DNA of 64,000 nt from Vicugna vicugna (Eukaryota): positions 7,301,449 to 7,365,448 of the forward strand of contig MU058423.1 in the NCBI GenBank assembly GCA_013265495.1, given 5' to 3'. Of the stretch, positions 1 through 12,794 are shown piece after piece. The number at the start of each line of letters is the position of its first letter. Positions within the stretch are counted from its first letter, which is position 1. Position numbers and translations under genes: made by a program. Under the pieces are notes generated by a model. The model did not search any database. It worked only from the letters and a program-made list of their open reading frames with translations, and was not told the DNA's origin.

Positions 1-29
1 AAAGTTCCTATGTGAATAAAACAAAATAA

Positions 30-145
30 AAGCCATTTTAAAGATAAAGAAATGGAAGTTCAGGCAGATTAAGTGATTTGCTGAAGGTCACAGAGCTTTG
101 TCAAATTTGGGAGTTTATACCCAGAATTATAAAACTCATGCATAT
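30..145 (-). mobile_element. MIR SINE fragment
   Basis: agataaagaaatggaagttcaggcagattaagtgatttgctgaaggtcacagagc resembles the reverse-complement MIR core. Confidence 0.65.
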
Positions 146-867
146 TCTTCCAACGACACCACCCTATTTTCCATCAGACAGAACTCTGAACATTTCTGTT
201 TCTCTGGGCAACTCTACTGCTTCTTAAACAGACAAATAAAATTAATTTCAGAAATTCACTCGTCAACAAATAGAAGCTCTGAGCAAACGTTTCAGTGTAG
301 AAATGACTATTCAGGGAGACTATAACCCACAAGGATAACCATATATAGCAGTGTCACTTGTTTGAAAAATGTGTGTTTCAATAAGATGTAGTCATGCCTG
401 CAGTTTTGTTATTATGTATATTCATTGGCTACAACTTTCAAAGGATTAGGAAAGATCCATCCCATTTGTAATACTGTACATGCACATATCAATAAAAAAA
501 AAAAGACTCCCTGAAGGTAATATAAACTCAGTGAAGACTGAAAAACCCTCTCAGAAATACAGATAGAGTCATACAGGGTCACCTACATTGTCAGGGAGAA
601 TATAAATTTATTTGAATGCACTGAATCTGAGAACACTTATAAAATAAATGGTGGAAATATAAATTTCAGGCCAAATAGCAGTTGTATTACTGAAATAGAT
701 AATCTAGACCTGTTTTCTGTTGTAAGCCTTCCGTGGTTTTATATCAGTTGAGAATAATTGGAAAGTGGCCTTACTTGAGGATAATTAATGAAGCACAAAT
801 AAAGCCTCAAAAATTCACGTACCTTCAACTCAGCTATTCAATAACCATACTGGTACAAACTAGAAGA

Positions 868-930
868 GGGAAGAAGGGGATGAGGATGGGATGAGGATGG
901 GATGAGGATGAGGACAAAGAGGACAAGGGA
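868..930. repeat. purine-rich short tandem repeat (ggatgaggatg)x3 decaying into gaggacaa units
   Basis: read directly from the sequence. Confidence 0.7.
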
Positions 931-951
931 AAAGACAGAACCAAGACAATC

Positions 952-1439
952 CAGGCATACCTCGGAGATTTTGTGGGTTCAGTTCCAGACCACTGCAATA
1001 AAGTGAGTATCACAATAAAACAAGTCATACAAATTTTTTGGTTTCCCAGAGCATCTAAAAGTTATGTTTACACTACATTGTGCTCCATTAAGTGTGCAAT
1101 AGCATTACATCAAAAAAAAAAAAAAAGAAACCAGTGTACATTCCTTAAATTACTTTACAGCTAAAAACTAACCACCATCTGAGTCTTCAGTAAGTTGTAG
1201 TTGTAACATCAAAGATCACTGATTACAGATCACCATAACAATTATAAATAACGAAAACATTTGAAAAATTGTAAGAATTACCAAAATGTGGCACAGAGAC
1301 GAAATGAGCCAATGCTGTTGGGAAAGAAATGGTGCCAATAGACCTGCTCAATGCAGGGCTGTCACAATACTTCAATTTGTGAAAAATACAGTACCTGGGA
1401 AACACAATAATGGAAAGGACAATGAAATGAGTATGCCTG
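952..1439 (-). mobile_element. Tigger1 internal-deletion derivative (MITE-like, Tigger1a-type), TcMar-Tigger DNA transposon
   Basis: TIRs caggcatac...gtatgcctg followed by TA. The two halves are colinear with the two ends of the full-length Tigger1 at 45042-47442. Confidence 0.92.
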
Positions 1440-1909
1440 TATATTCTTAAAAAGTCTTTAGGACAACCACCCTTCTACATTCAAAGTCACGCTCTTCTAT
1501 CACCAAATCTCTTGTACATCACCCATATTAGACAAAATTCCCTAAGTCCTAACTTTCAGTTTAATTTTCTGGTTTCCAAATCTACAGCACATTAGAAGTA
1601 AATTAGAGGGCTGACTGAAGCTGCAATAGGTGGGTGCACTGATGTCCAGGAGACATGCCAGTGCAACAGAAAGAGAAAAAGAAAAAATATATAAAAACAA
1701 CATTTGCAAGTCCAAAACTGGAGCTATTTGGTGCCATTAAAGGAAGGCATAAGCACATTTTATATGCCTAAGAGCATTACTGTATTATGAAATACAATCA
1801 TTACTGTTTTTTACTGATGCAATTTAGTCTTCAAGGGAAGTTAAAATGTTTGTGTTCATGTGAGAAAAAGTTGGGAATATATATATATTAGTACACATAA
1901 AAGGTCTAT

Positions 1910-2500
1910 ATCCATTCAGTCATTTACCCAACCAATATGTATTTAGCACCTTGTATTATAGAAACTGTCCTAAATGTTGGGATTCTGATATCATAAGACA
2001 CATAAACTCTGCTCTCAAATTTATTAGGGTTTGGATAATGGGAGGCAGAAAACTACATTTCTGTTTTACAGACACTATGATCATGTTGCATATAGAGCAG
2101 GGAAATCAGTATCCTGTGGCATTTTCGTGTAAATTAGAAAAAGACACCTCTTCTTCCTTGAACACAACGGAGCACCACGGAGCACAGCTTGATGAGGGAT
2201 CACAGGCTGCATTTCAGTCCCTCTCTACCATGTGCCCTTCTGTTGGGATAACTGCTCTAACATATGTGGCGACAAGATACAGGACATGATAAGAGCATTT
2301 AATCCAGTCTGGAAGAAATAGAAGAGGTTTTGACAGTTGATAACAATTGAAAGAAGAATCAAGAATGAGAAGGATCACAGTACAGGGAAAAAAGTGTTGT
2401 GATCAATGTATATATGGAAGGTATGTGCATTAGGGAACACCCATCCCATACAGGGTAGGTTTCACTGTGAGACACCTGTGCTAAGCCGAGAAACACAATT
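1910..2500 (-). mobile_element. L2 LINE 3' fragment, interrupted at about 2057-2240
   Basis: cattcagtcatttacccaaccaatatgtatttagcacc is L2-tail-like. L2-like sequence resumes near 2240. Confidence 0.55.
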
Positions 2501-2868
2501 AACATATAGTCAAATAAATAAGAGATCAGAGCACATTCTGAAGAGAAAAAAATTTTTTTTCTCTTTAATATCTGGTACTTTAAAGAGTAATATAACCAGT
2601 TTTTAAAATACTCCAGTTTTCCATAATCCTTGTAGTCCTTGTAAATATTATAAATATTACTAACCATACAAAAATATATTTAAATATATGCTAAAGGCTG
2701 AGGATAATTAATACAGCAATATTTAACTCTGAATGTAATTGGAAATAAGGAAATCTAGTTTTATATTTGAGGGGCTCAACCGATCTCTTAGAGCCAGAAG
2801 AAGAAAGGCTGATTTTGTGTGTTACCTGCTTTAACTCCTTTTTTATTTTAAAATATTTAAGAAACTCT

Positions 2869-3270
2869 TGCCAAAGCAAAAATTGTACTCGGTAAAGTTA
2901 AGATGGCAAGGAAGACTTTATCCAAGGCTATTGCAATAGAAGAGCGTGACCAGAATACAGTCTGAACTCAACTCCATTGAAATAAAAAGGAGGTGGAGGG
3001 CAGTTAAAAGTTAGGATGAGGAATTGAAAAATTACTGGGGTACATTGCTGAGGGAGGATAATCTATGGCACGTGTGGAGCACATGGAGTTATTTCTGAAT
3101 TTGTAGATTTTTTTTTCAGTGATTAAACCATCTGCATTTGCTAATTGGCAGCTATGGAAGTTAGGATCCTACCCTCCCACAGAGACTAGGAGATAGAGGA
3201 ATTCTCTTCTTTGGTGTCCACATTTCAAAGGGATGGCTCCTAGGTTCCTGAAGAAAACATTTCCTGTGGG
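2869..3270 (-). mobile_element. ERV1 solo LTR (MER31/MER67-like)
   Basis: starts tgccaaagcaaaaattg...ggcaaggaagactttatccaaggctattgcaatag, typical of the reverse U5 end and polyA signal of this group. Confidence 0.65.
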
Positions 3271-4170
3271 ATTTCACTCTATACACTCATGCAACTGAAG
3301 TGAGAAGTTGGGAAAACTACCTAAATAATTCAAATTTTAAGTGTTCAGATAACTCCGTTCAAAGTGTCAATGTACCTGGAAGAATTGCCCTGATTCCTTA
3401 ATTTATAATTATAATCTACCTTTGATGAGCATTGTTGCATAATAAATATTTCTCTCCAGACCCAAGTGCTTTACAATTACAAGACATGAATGATTGTTTG
3501 CAAGAGTGAGCCCTTCAGGCCATAGATAACCCACTGTAATCTCAGTCACAAGGAGATACCAGACAAATGTTTCTGCATCAGTAGGAGTCAGGGATCATTT
3601 GAAAACTCAGGCAAGCAAGGAAAGGCATATTTCCTTCTAGAGGAACACAGAGACATAATTAGATATTTGCATGCAATGTTTAACTCTCAAGTGTGCTTTT
3701 CAGCTAACTATTTAAAATTACTAAACTGCTATTCCATCATGGATTAAAAATAAATACAAGTGTACACAGTTCATACATTAAAGAAATTGTTCTTTGGAAT
3801 AAACAGACAAATATGAAAAAAGTGTGTAATTCACAGACATGAAAATATCACAAAATTAAATTTCACATAGCAAAATCTGACATTACTTTCCCTTATCCAG
3901 AGGCCTTGCTTGTCAACATGAAGTCATTTGAGAGACAAAACAAGCAAACAACAAAAATGTCTGGTTTATCTATTGATTATAAAATGTTTGGCATAACATG
4001 GATCGGTGGTTCTCTAAGTGTTTTCAGGTTTTAGATTGCTCGTGTGTGTGTGTGTGTTAACGAACCCTCTCCATCAGTATGTATGTATACATATGTATAT
4101 AGGTAAGACACAATTTTGTACACATTTTGCAACATTCTTTGTTAACTTCAATTGAGACTAGGCTAATAAC

Positions 4171-4649
4171 TGTCGACTGAAATAAATGTGCAGCCTAAAA
4201 GTTGAGCATTACGTTTTATTTGACAGGAGGACTGGAGCTGAGATGACAGCCTCTCAGGTCGCTCTGAGGGACTGCTCCGAAGAGGTAGGGGAGGAGCTAG
4301 GATGTATAGGAGCTTTACAACAAAGACCAGGTAGTTGGAACAATAAAAGATTACTTGTTATCTAAGGAAAACCAGGCATCTCAAGTTAAAGAATTTAGTG
4401 CTTTTCTATGTATAGGAGGGAACAAACATTTGGGCTCATTGGATTCATTCCTTTGACAAGCACCTAACTATCTAGCGGCAGTACCCTGTCCTTTCTTATT
4501 CTGAGTCCCCTCAGAGGGCACCACTGTGAGTGGCCTCCGAGGTCGGGCTGCAGGCTTGTCTTCACTGGGGAGCGGGCTCAGCCACTGATGACTTGATGGT
4601 TTCAGCATTCTTTGTTTACATGTATGGTTTGCAGTATTTTTCGTTCACA
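4171..4649 (-). mobile_element. ERV1-type solo LTR, family A (same family as 22149-22618)
   Basis: TG...CA ends, 4-bp TSD taac/tgac, reverse AATAAA. Aligns over its full length, inverted, to 22149-22618. Confidence 0.92.
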
Positions 4650-5089
4650 TGACCATTGAACTGACCTGGATAAAACACTGAAGTTCTCCGAGGCTTAGTT
4701 CCATTTTCTTTAACAGTTGTACTAAGTTAACAAGGGCTAATTTGGAATGCAGGGAAAAACCCACTTTCTTTTAGTGCTTTAATAATGACTTCCTTGTGAT
4801 CTTCACTCTTTAAAAATAACATTCTAATCAATACAAGGTTAAAAGAGGATTGTTTTCAATTCCACTCTTTCAGTCTGAGCCACAATTATGACATTTTCAG
4901 CTCTGCCCTGGGAGATATAAAGTTGAAAATGTCCAGTCTTTGTCTTCAAAGGACTTATAATTTAACATTAGAATCAACTAGGTGAATAAATAATTATATT
5001 ATTGGATAAAATGAAATTGAATAAGAAATATAAGAATAGAGAATCATGAAAGAATGAGAGAATATGCAAATAATAACAAAGGTGGTAGA

Positions 5090-5855
5090 AACATTGTTAT
5101 TGAAATGTATTTACAACATAGTAGAGTGGAGAGACAGGTTAAGGAATGGCACGGAACACAGAACACAAAATTTATAATGAATCAGTGTATATCTGAGACT
5201 TAAAAAAAAAAAACCTGAGAGTCCACAGCAGAATGCTCAGAGTGGTTATCTCTGCGTGATATTAAAGAAAAAAAAAAACACTATTCTGACACTGGCTGAG
5301 GTGGGAAGAAAGATTTTATTCAGGACAGTTGTGATGGGGAAATGTCGAGAGAGTTTGCAGTAGGAGAGAGAAATAAAGCTCAACTCTCAGTACAACAAAA
5401 ACCGGGGCGATTCACAGCCAAGGAGGAGGCTGGGGAGGCGGGTGGGTCAGTGAATGGGAAGTTACTAAGAGGAGGCATCAAGGGGAAGGAATATTCTCCT
5501 TAAACTGACCTAACAGGATTCCTGTTGAAGGCAGTCAGGGTGATCTTCTCAAAGATGAGAAGATTTCCTCTAATCTGATTTAGCAGGATTTTTGCTAAAA
5601 CCAGGACAGACACAGAAACCCAAGGTCAAGGCCTAGTCAAGAAAAGGGCTCAGAAGAGCTTGAGCAAAGTTTGGTAAAGACAGTCTTTCCCATTATCGAG
5701 TGCTAGGAGCGGTGGGCGTGGTTACCTGCAGAGGAGCCTGAGGGGTATCTGCTCTGTATCCTGATGCTAGTGGTGCTCACACAGCTACATAGGATGGTAC
5801 ATTAAAATGGGTGTATTTTACTTCATCTGACTTATAGGCTTCAATAAAAAGTACA
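5090..5855 (+). mobile_element. old L1 (L1MC/L1ME-like) 3' end, split by the MER31 LTR
   Basis: cagagtggttatctct...tgtatcctgatgctagtggtgctcacacag...ttcaataaaaag is an L1M 3'UTR pattern. Confidence 0.55.
5260..5692 (-). mobile_element. MER31-like ERV1 solo LTR
   Basis: ccaaggtcaaggcctagtcaagaaaagggctcagaagagcttgagcaaagtttggt is the reverse complement of the recalled MER31 5' end. Confidence 0.8.
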
Positions 5856-6814
5856 AAACTAAAAATACTAAGTGTACAAAGAGTAGGATAAACAATTTAG
5901 TGCCCCACTGTATCTCTCTCACACGCACACCCACCCCGAGGACTCCTTTGTGGCTGAGCAGGCAGATGACCTATTTGAGATTTGGGACAGCAGAGCTATA
6001 CAGAGTAGTTAGAAGGAAAACAAAGACAGATTTTGGCTCAGTTAAAGAAATACTTACAATAAAATATCATAAGAGAATACAACTAGTGAGCTGATGATAA
6101 TTTATCATAAATATTACAGGAGGGGATTTGAAAAATGCAATTGAGATTTGTGATGTATAATCTTATCTCTTCCACATCCCAGTTTCTGTCATTCTATGAT
6201 TGTAAGACCTTTCTGTCAAAGTAAAGGATAGATGCCGCTGCTGGCTTATGAATCCCTCTGCAGGGGAGGTCAGAGAGGCAATCACAGGACGGAGGACACA
6301 GAACGAAAATAAGTTCGGAGCACTCCACCGGACCTTCCCAGTTCCACTGGACTGAAAATACTACGCAAACTTGGAGAGAAGGAAACGGAAACATGGGCCA
6401 AGCACCTGCGTGTCCTCTCTCCTAGGAGGAGGGTGCAGGAGTAGCACCTTTCTTCATTTTGAAGATTTTTGGCTTTTGTTTGTGTGTCTTGTTTTGGTTT
6501 GTTTTATCAAATTCTGATTCTTAATCGCATTTTCTTCTTTATATCTTACTTGCATATTTTCAGAATAATTATCTAAGGGTACCAGGGATGTTACTATTAA
6601 ACTAATTGTGAGAGTAAGAAATCTGAGACAGAACAATTCTGTGATTTTACTGGGGGCCACACAGAGGCTTTTGAGATGATTTTACCTCAGAAAGTCTTCT
6701 GAGACGTTCTTTAATTCTTAAAAAGTTAACACATCGGTCGTTTTGTGAAGCTTCTTGAATAGATTCACTTTACCCTCATTTTTGTATTAGTTTGAATTAG
6801 GTCCAGATCTATAC

Positions 6815-7655
6815 TGTCAGGAGAAAAAGCTTTTCTTCCACTATCTTGGGTTCAGTGACTGAGGGTGTAGTAGAGAATAACCTTTGTTTTGTTGGAGGTT
6901 TTCAGGGACGCCATGACCTGGCCCACGGGGACGGCTGCGAGAACAAAGACTGCCTGCAGCAAGATTACAACAATCAACCACACCCCCTCCTTTATTGTCC
7001 CTCACCCCCCCTTATTTTTTTATATAAAAGGAGCCTGCATTCCGACTGGAGCAGGATGGTTCTCTGACACATTAGTCTGCCATCCTCTCGGTCTGCCGAC
7101 TTTCCGAATAAAGTCTCTATTCCTTGCCCCAACACCTCGTCTCCAGATTTACTGGCCTGTCGTGCGGCGAGCAGAATGAGTTTTGACTTGGCAACAAATT
7201 AAATTAATAAAAGACAGATTGAGAGGTGAAAAGACAGTATTTTGAATAATATGAGCATGCATGTGAGCACATGGAAAATAAGTGATACTCAAATAAGCAG
7301 TTAGACTTGGTGGTTTATGCACCTTTTTAACAAAGGAAAGAGTTTGGGCTTTAAGGGATGATAAATTGTGGGAGAGTAACTAGAAAAAGTACGGGAGAAC
7401 TGACGGAAGATAAGCAGCATTTCAGTAAGGGCTGTTTATGCAAACTCATCTCGGTACCAACTCCACAGCTGAGAAGACAAGTCACTCTTTTCTCTGGTAC
7501 AGGATTTCCTCACAGGGAAATTTAGGGCCAGCTTTTGGACAGATAAGGGAAGACAGAATTCTTCCTGCATCTGTTAATTCTCAACTGCATTCAAATAAAA
7601 TAATACTTATGCCAGAGTGGCATATTCTGGGGTGGCATGTACTGAACTCTGTCCA
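6815..7655 (-). mobile_element. MER34-like ERV1 solo LTR, host of a nested LTR
   Basis: reverse strand begins with gccaccccagaatatgccactctggcataag...ttgagaattaacagatgcaggaag, a MER34 hallmark. Confidence 0.8.
6866..7196 (+). mobile_element. younger ERV1-type solo LTR, family B (same family as 21192-21513)
   Basis: tgtag...caaca ends, TATAAAA at 7023, AATAAA at 7107, CpGs retained. Colinear with 21192-21513. Confidence 0.93.
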
Positions 7656-7699
7656 TATAATGTCAAACAATGTAAAACACAATACAGTGGTTTAAATAC

Positions 7700-8110
7700 G
7701 TAAAACTTTATTATACAATTACTTTAGGAATTTTGAAGTGCTTCACAGTGATCAGAGACCCGAGTCCCTTCCACATATCCGCTCTTAGCACTGACTTTCA
7801 AGCTCAAGTTCACTCCGTGGTCCATCATGGCTGTCAGAGCACGGGTCAGATGCATTACAGGCTTCAGCAAGAAGGGAGAGAGGGCAAAAGACATTCCAGC
7901 TGGCTGTATGCCTCGAAGGAGCATGCCTTTGAAGTTCCATCCTACAGTGTCCATTTACGTATAAAAGGGAAGTTAATCATGCGGTTATGCACAGATAGAT
8001 GCAAGGACATGAGGAAAATAGCCTTTTAGCTGGATGTAACACTACTCTGAATAAATATGGGGATCAGTTTCTGAAAAGGAAAGAAACAAAGATTAGCAAC
8101 TCTGCTGCAT
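7700..8110 (-). mobile_element. MLT1 (MLT1J/K-like) MaLR LTR remnant
   Basis: gagacccgagtcccttcca...catcatggctg...gcaagaagggagagagggcaaaag pattern. Confidence 0.5.
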
Positions 8111-8114
8111 AATT

Positions 8115-8960
8115 TCTATTTGCCCTTTTGATCTACTTCCCATCACTGTCTGCTTTGTTTTCTCCCCGGAGGCTGACTTACACAAACTGCGTCATCAGAA
8201 CACTTACCCTCTGGCTGCCAGTTAGATTTAGTCAATGGGAGGAACAAGAAGATTGAAGAACAGAAGCAATGAGTGGTCCGAAACAAGTGCTATTTGTGCT
8301 CCATGCTCCTTTCCTGCCAGCCTGCTGTTCTTCGGCAGCTGCATTCAACTTCTTAAGACCATAGCTCCTACAAGGACACCTTTCCAATAGTTACAGCTGC
8401 CTTTGGACCTAAAAGCAGGAATACTTCTCTGCTTTGTCAGTCTTGAAGTACTCCACCATCCTTATCTCTGTTCACATGTTCATGTATTAGTGTCCTCGGG
8501 CTGCAGTCAAAGAACCGTAGTCTGAGTGGCTCAACACAACGGAAGTCTATTTTCTCACAATTCGGAAGGCTTGAAGTCTGACATCGAGTTGTTGGCAGGG
8601 CTGCTTTATTCTGATGTCTCTCTTCTAGGTTTGCAGATGGTCCTCTTCCTCTCGCTGTATCTTCACATCTTCCGTCTTCTTCCTTCTCTACTCATTTATG
8701 TCTAAATTCTCTTCTAATAAGGACACCAGCCATATTGGATTTGGGTCAACTCTATTGAACTCACTTTTACTTACTACCTCTTTAAAAACTCTACTGCCAA
8801 ATATAGACACATTCTGAGGTACGAGGGGGTTAGGGCTTCAACACAGGGTTTTCAGAGTGAGAGGAAGGACACACTAACAGCCCATGACAAGTCACTTCCA
8901 GAACGTTTCTTCAGTGACTCCTGTGAGTGTTCCTTCTGCCCTAACTGGGAGGCTGGCTAA
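8115..8960 (+). mobile_element. LTR33-like ERVL LTR, split by MLT1
   Basis: ccccggaggctgac...ccctctggctgccagttagatttagtcaatgggagg resembles the LTR33 core. Confidence 0.65.
8483..8889 (-). mobile_element. MLT1B/C-like MaLR solo LTR
   Basis: tgtattagt...gggctgc, ataaggacaccagccatattggatt, acattctgaggtac, cagcccatgaca. Confidence 0.85.
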
Positions 8961-8989
8961 CATTTTCTGACTTAGTCTCCACAGTATCT

Positions 8990-9215
8990 ATAGTGGTGTT
9001 TCTTAAACTTTCATGTGCATGCAAATTACTTAGGGATCCTCATAAAAATGCATTCTGAGTCAGTGGGGAATTCATTTATTTGTATGAATTTTTGTTTCTT
9101 TAATGGGAGTGATCTTTTCTATACTTTTGTCTAAATTTAGAGTCCATCTCTTTGCTGTTCCACATCTTCCAGATGATGGCATTAGAATGCACCCCGGCCG
9201 GAGTTGCACACCTCT
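8990..9215. mobile_element. MER5-like hAT-Charlie MITE containing a 78-bp insertion
   Basis: gtttcttaaactttcatgtgcatgcaaattacttagggatc...ttctgagtcagt...ccagatgatg follows the MER5A/B pattern. Confidence 0.55.
9071..9148 (+). repeat. 78-bp direct duplicate of 11901-11978
   Basis: 75/78 identical by manual alignment, no gaps. Confidence 0.95.
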
Positions 9216-11139
9216 GTATTTTTTTTTTTTAATTTCCCAGCTGCTTCCCTGAATAATCACTTCACTCATCTGGCCCTATCTTACCTTGGATTCATTGAGA
9301 CTAATTGTTTTTTAAATGTTTCTGAGTTCCCTCTAAACATCTTGACATAAGGATTCAGACATCTTCTGTAATAGAACAGTGTGGCCTAACTTATTTGAAG
9401 TGTGGGTTCTGGTCATCAATGCAGTTCAGGATAACAAAGACAATACTTAGTTACCAGTGTGTCCTCAGAGTAAATGTTTAATGAACTTTCATTGAAATTC
9501 TTCAAAGCTGTTTGAACTAAAATGCATTCTAAGCGGCAACATTATAAAATCTTTACAAATTAAATACATTGGCATTTCCTGGGCTCTTCTTTTATCCTAG
9601 CTCAAGAGCATAAAAATAAAATTAATTTAATTTGGACTTCAGGATTACTCTAAGTCTGTCCTCTGGGAGTTAGGCATTACTGGTTTTCTCAGGAAGTTAA
9701 CTTTTCAAAAAATCCTAATTAATAATGTAGAAGAGGGATGTTGCTGCCAGGATTACATGTATACACATAATGGCAGGTCCTTTATAACCATTTCCTTTAT
9801 AAAATTAATAAATATGAAAAGATGTTAATTGAATAAATGGATGAATAAATAAGTGACTGACTGGTGGAATAAATGAGTGTGATACACTTGCATGGTTGCT
9901 AAAAATAAAGGTGAAAAAAAAACTGATGAAAACATACAGTTGCATTGTCAAGGGTACCAAGAACTTTCCCGGGGAGTTTATATTTGTTAGTGTAGGAAAG
10001 GAAGTCATTAAAGTTTTAGGTTTTAGGCACTTAAAAAAGAGGGGTGCCTCTTTCCCAGGTCACACCAGTGTGTACGAAAACATGAGCCAAAAAATAGTAA
10101 AAAAACAAAACAAAACAGGGTAAATCCAGCCTCAGCTACATCAGCAGAATTCTGGAGCAGCATCCCGTAGTCTGTCGTTGCAGGCAGCTCGTGTGGCTGT
10201 GCTCGATCGTGAGAGCCTGCACTCCAGTGCTCGCCAACCCTCTTCACAATGTGGTCACTGCAGACTCCTGGTAGCAGCTCCTGCCACTTGTCGCAAGCTG
10301 GATACATTCCACATTGTCTTGACATCATCTCAATTTTTTACTGTCACTATCATGAAGGGAAGGAATAGCACTGTGACCAGGCAACTCAGAGCTGCCTTAG
10401 GGTCTGAGTGAATGAAAATTCTTATGATGTAAGAAACACAAGACTAAAAAATAAAGAAAATAAAATAAAGCTGGAGGTAAGATCACTATACAAATGTACA
10501 CTGTCACATTCCTCACACTAGCCAGAGGTTAAGTCACAAATCACATCATCGAAAAGAATGAAACAAAATTAGCTATATTAATCAGAATATATTCAGCCAT
10601 GAAACTCACTATTTATTCGACATAGGAATTACTTTCAGGCTCTGAAAACTACTGAGAAAAATCTACCCCCCCCCAGGAGTTCCCCAGAATACAGTACACA
10701 TACGTGGGGAGTAGCATTTTTGTCTGTCCCACAGACGTTATTCTATGAATATGTATTGGTTTACATAATTGATTTGCTAAAATATTTAGAGTAGACGTAA
10801 CAATGTATTTGTCACAGTTCCTTTGTGTAGTCTAAAGAGATGTTGTCATAGTTCTGTATTAACTTTTAAAGGTTGACAGGTAGGTTATCCAGAGAGACAG
10901 AGACATACTACAAATCAAGAGGCAGTATAAGATCAATACAATGGAACAAGGCATGCTGATCCAAAATGAGTTAACACAATACTGCCACGCCTTAGCACAG
11001 GCCAAGGTAAAAAGGCTTCGGAAACTGAACAGCAATCCTGGGTAATTCTTATGAGAGAGAGTTTGGCAACAGAAACCATAGTTTCATGCGTATAGATAAA
11101 ACTACAGACAAAATAAAACTTAGTAGCTTTGCATATTTA

Positions 11140-11390
11140 TTTAGTAATGATAATAAATGTCTATGTATTGTTTACTGCTCCTAGGCACTTTTTAAAGATT
11201 TTATTTATTAACTCATTTAAACTCTTCCTTCCCAAATACAAACCAGAGAGATAAACACAAACAATTCCCAGTTTATGGCCAAATTGAGGGACGGAACAGT
11301 GACTTGCTAGAGGTCAGCTACTAATGAATGACTGACCCAGTATTTGGAACCAGGGACTATAACTTTGGGCTCATTTTCCTAATCACATCA
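11140..11390 (-). mobile_element. MIR SINE
   Basis: taatgataata...ctaggcac...actcatttaa...gtgacttgctagaggtcagcta...ccagtatttggaaccagg. Confidence 0.6.
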
Positions 11391-11719
11391 CCACTTCACT
11401 TCATAAGAAAATTTTGTGTTTGGATATCCCTAATGTTTGTTGATATCAAATTTATTCTCATGCGACTGCAATTATTACAATTAATAGCCAGTCTCTTTCC
11501 TTAGAAGTAGTGGAAACAGCTAGTAAGTTAATTATATCCATGCTTCCTTTTCCAATTGTTCTTAGCAGTAAGCAAAAATCTCCTTCGTTACACCATCCAT
11601 CATTGATTTCCCTTAAAATATCCAATCATTCTAACATGCATTAGTTAATTTTTAAAATGTAGTTCTCATAATAACTGTCAAAGTGGCATCGTTCAATTCC
11701 ACTTTTATGATACAATGAG

Positions 11720-11891
11720 CTATAATATACACAAAATGTTATGATAAATCACAGAGAAAAAAATGTGACAATGAGTGTGTATATGCCCATGAATGACTGA
11801 AAAATTGTGCTGAACACTGGAATTTGACACAACATTGTAAAATGATTATAAATCAATAAAAAATGTTAAAAAAAAGAAAATTTCAAAAAAA
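11720..11891 (+). mobile_element. 5'-truncated lineage-specific L1 3' end with polyA tail
   Basis: atgactgaaaaattgtgctgaacactggaatttgacacaacattgtaaaatgattataaatcaataaaaaa followed by an A-rich tail, an artiodactyl-type L1 end. Confidence 0.85.
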
Positions 11892-12794
11892 GGGATTAAT
11901 TTCATTTATTTGTATGAATTTTTGCTTCTTTAATGGGAGTTATCTTTTCTATACTTTTGTCTAAATTCAGAGTCCATCCTTTCATGATTAAATAATCCTA
12001 TCAACGTGATGAATATTATTTATTTGACCTGTGATCATTTTGACTTTTATAACACTGCTATCCTGTAAATTTATATGGGTTATTTTTAAACTTCTTATTT
12101 TTCTCCAAAGACTCTACACTCTTTAGGGAAAAACTGTGCATTTTATCAAATTTTATCTACCACAGTGCTATTCATGAAACTGGAAATCAAAATAGTTTTA
12201 AATAAAGTAGTATCATGGTTTGAAAATACTCAAACCATGTGACAAGTACAGATTCCTTTATTACATTACTTGAGTTTTCAATTTACTTACCACTCATGAT
12301 ATTTCCCTTGAATATTCTCATCTCATATTCATCCTGCAGTCTCCTTTCTCTCTTGTTTTGTGTTAATACTGGGAGTAGGTCAGTGGGCTCCAAGTAAAAT
12401 CATCCTCATGTGGAAATATTTACGGAATGCTGAATGCCCCACCACAGGTAGTGTATTTGCATATAGGTGGAGGAATGACTGAAATTCATACTTTACTTAC
12501 CATTCATGCTGTGGGTATGTTATTTAAAAGCAAATTCATTCATTAGAAAAGTAGCACATACTAAATCATTTTCAACTATTAGTGCTGCCTGATGAATGGC
12601 GATACATAATTAGCAGGCCAGTAACCTAATGAGATCTTTGAAAATATAAACGTATTAGTGGTGACATTTAGCGGTGTGAAATCAGCAGGACAAAGTGCAG
12701 GGTATTAGATCTTTCCAAATGTAGAGGATTTAGGCTTCAGTAACAGAGGGTGGGAAACTGAGGGGGAATATGAGGCTTCCGTTTGCCTTGGATT

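Noticed and set aside
6846..7179. Paralogous small ORFs shared with 21178-21502
   Set aside because: The similarity arises because both overlap copies of the same LTR. Frames and lengths are not conserved.
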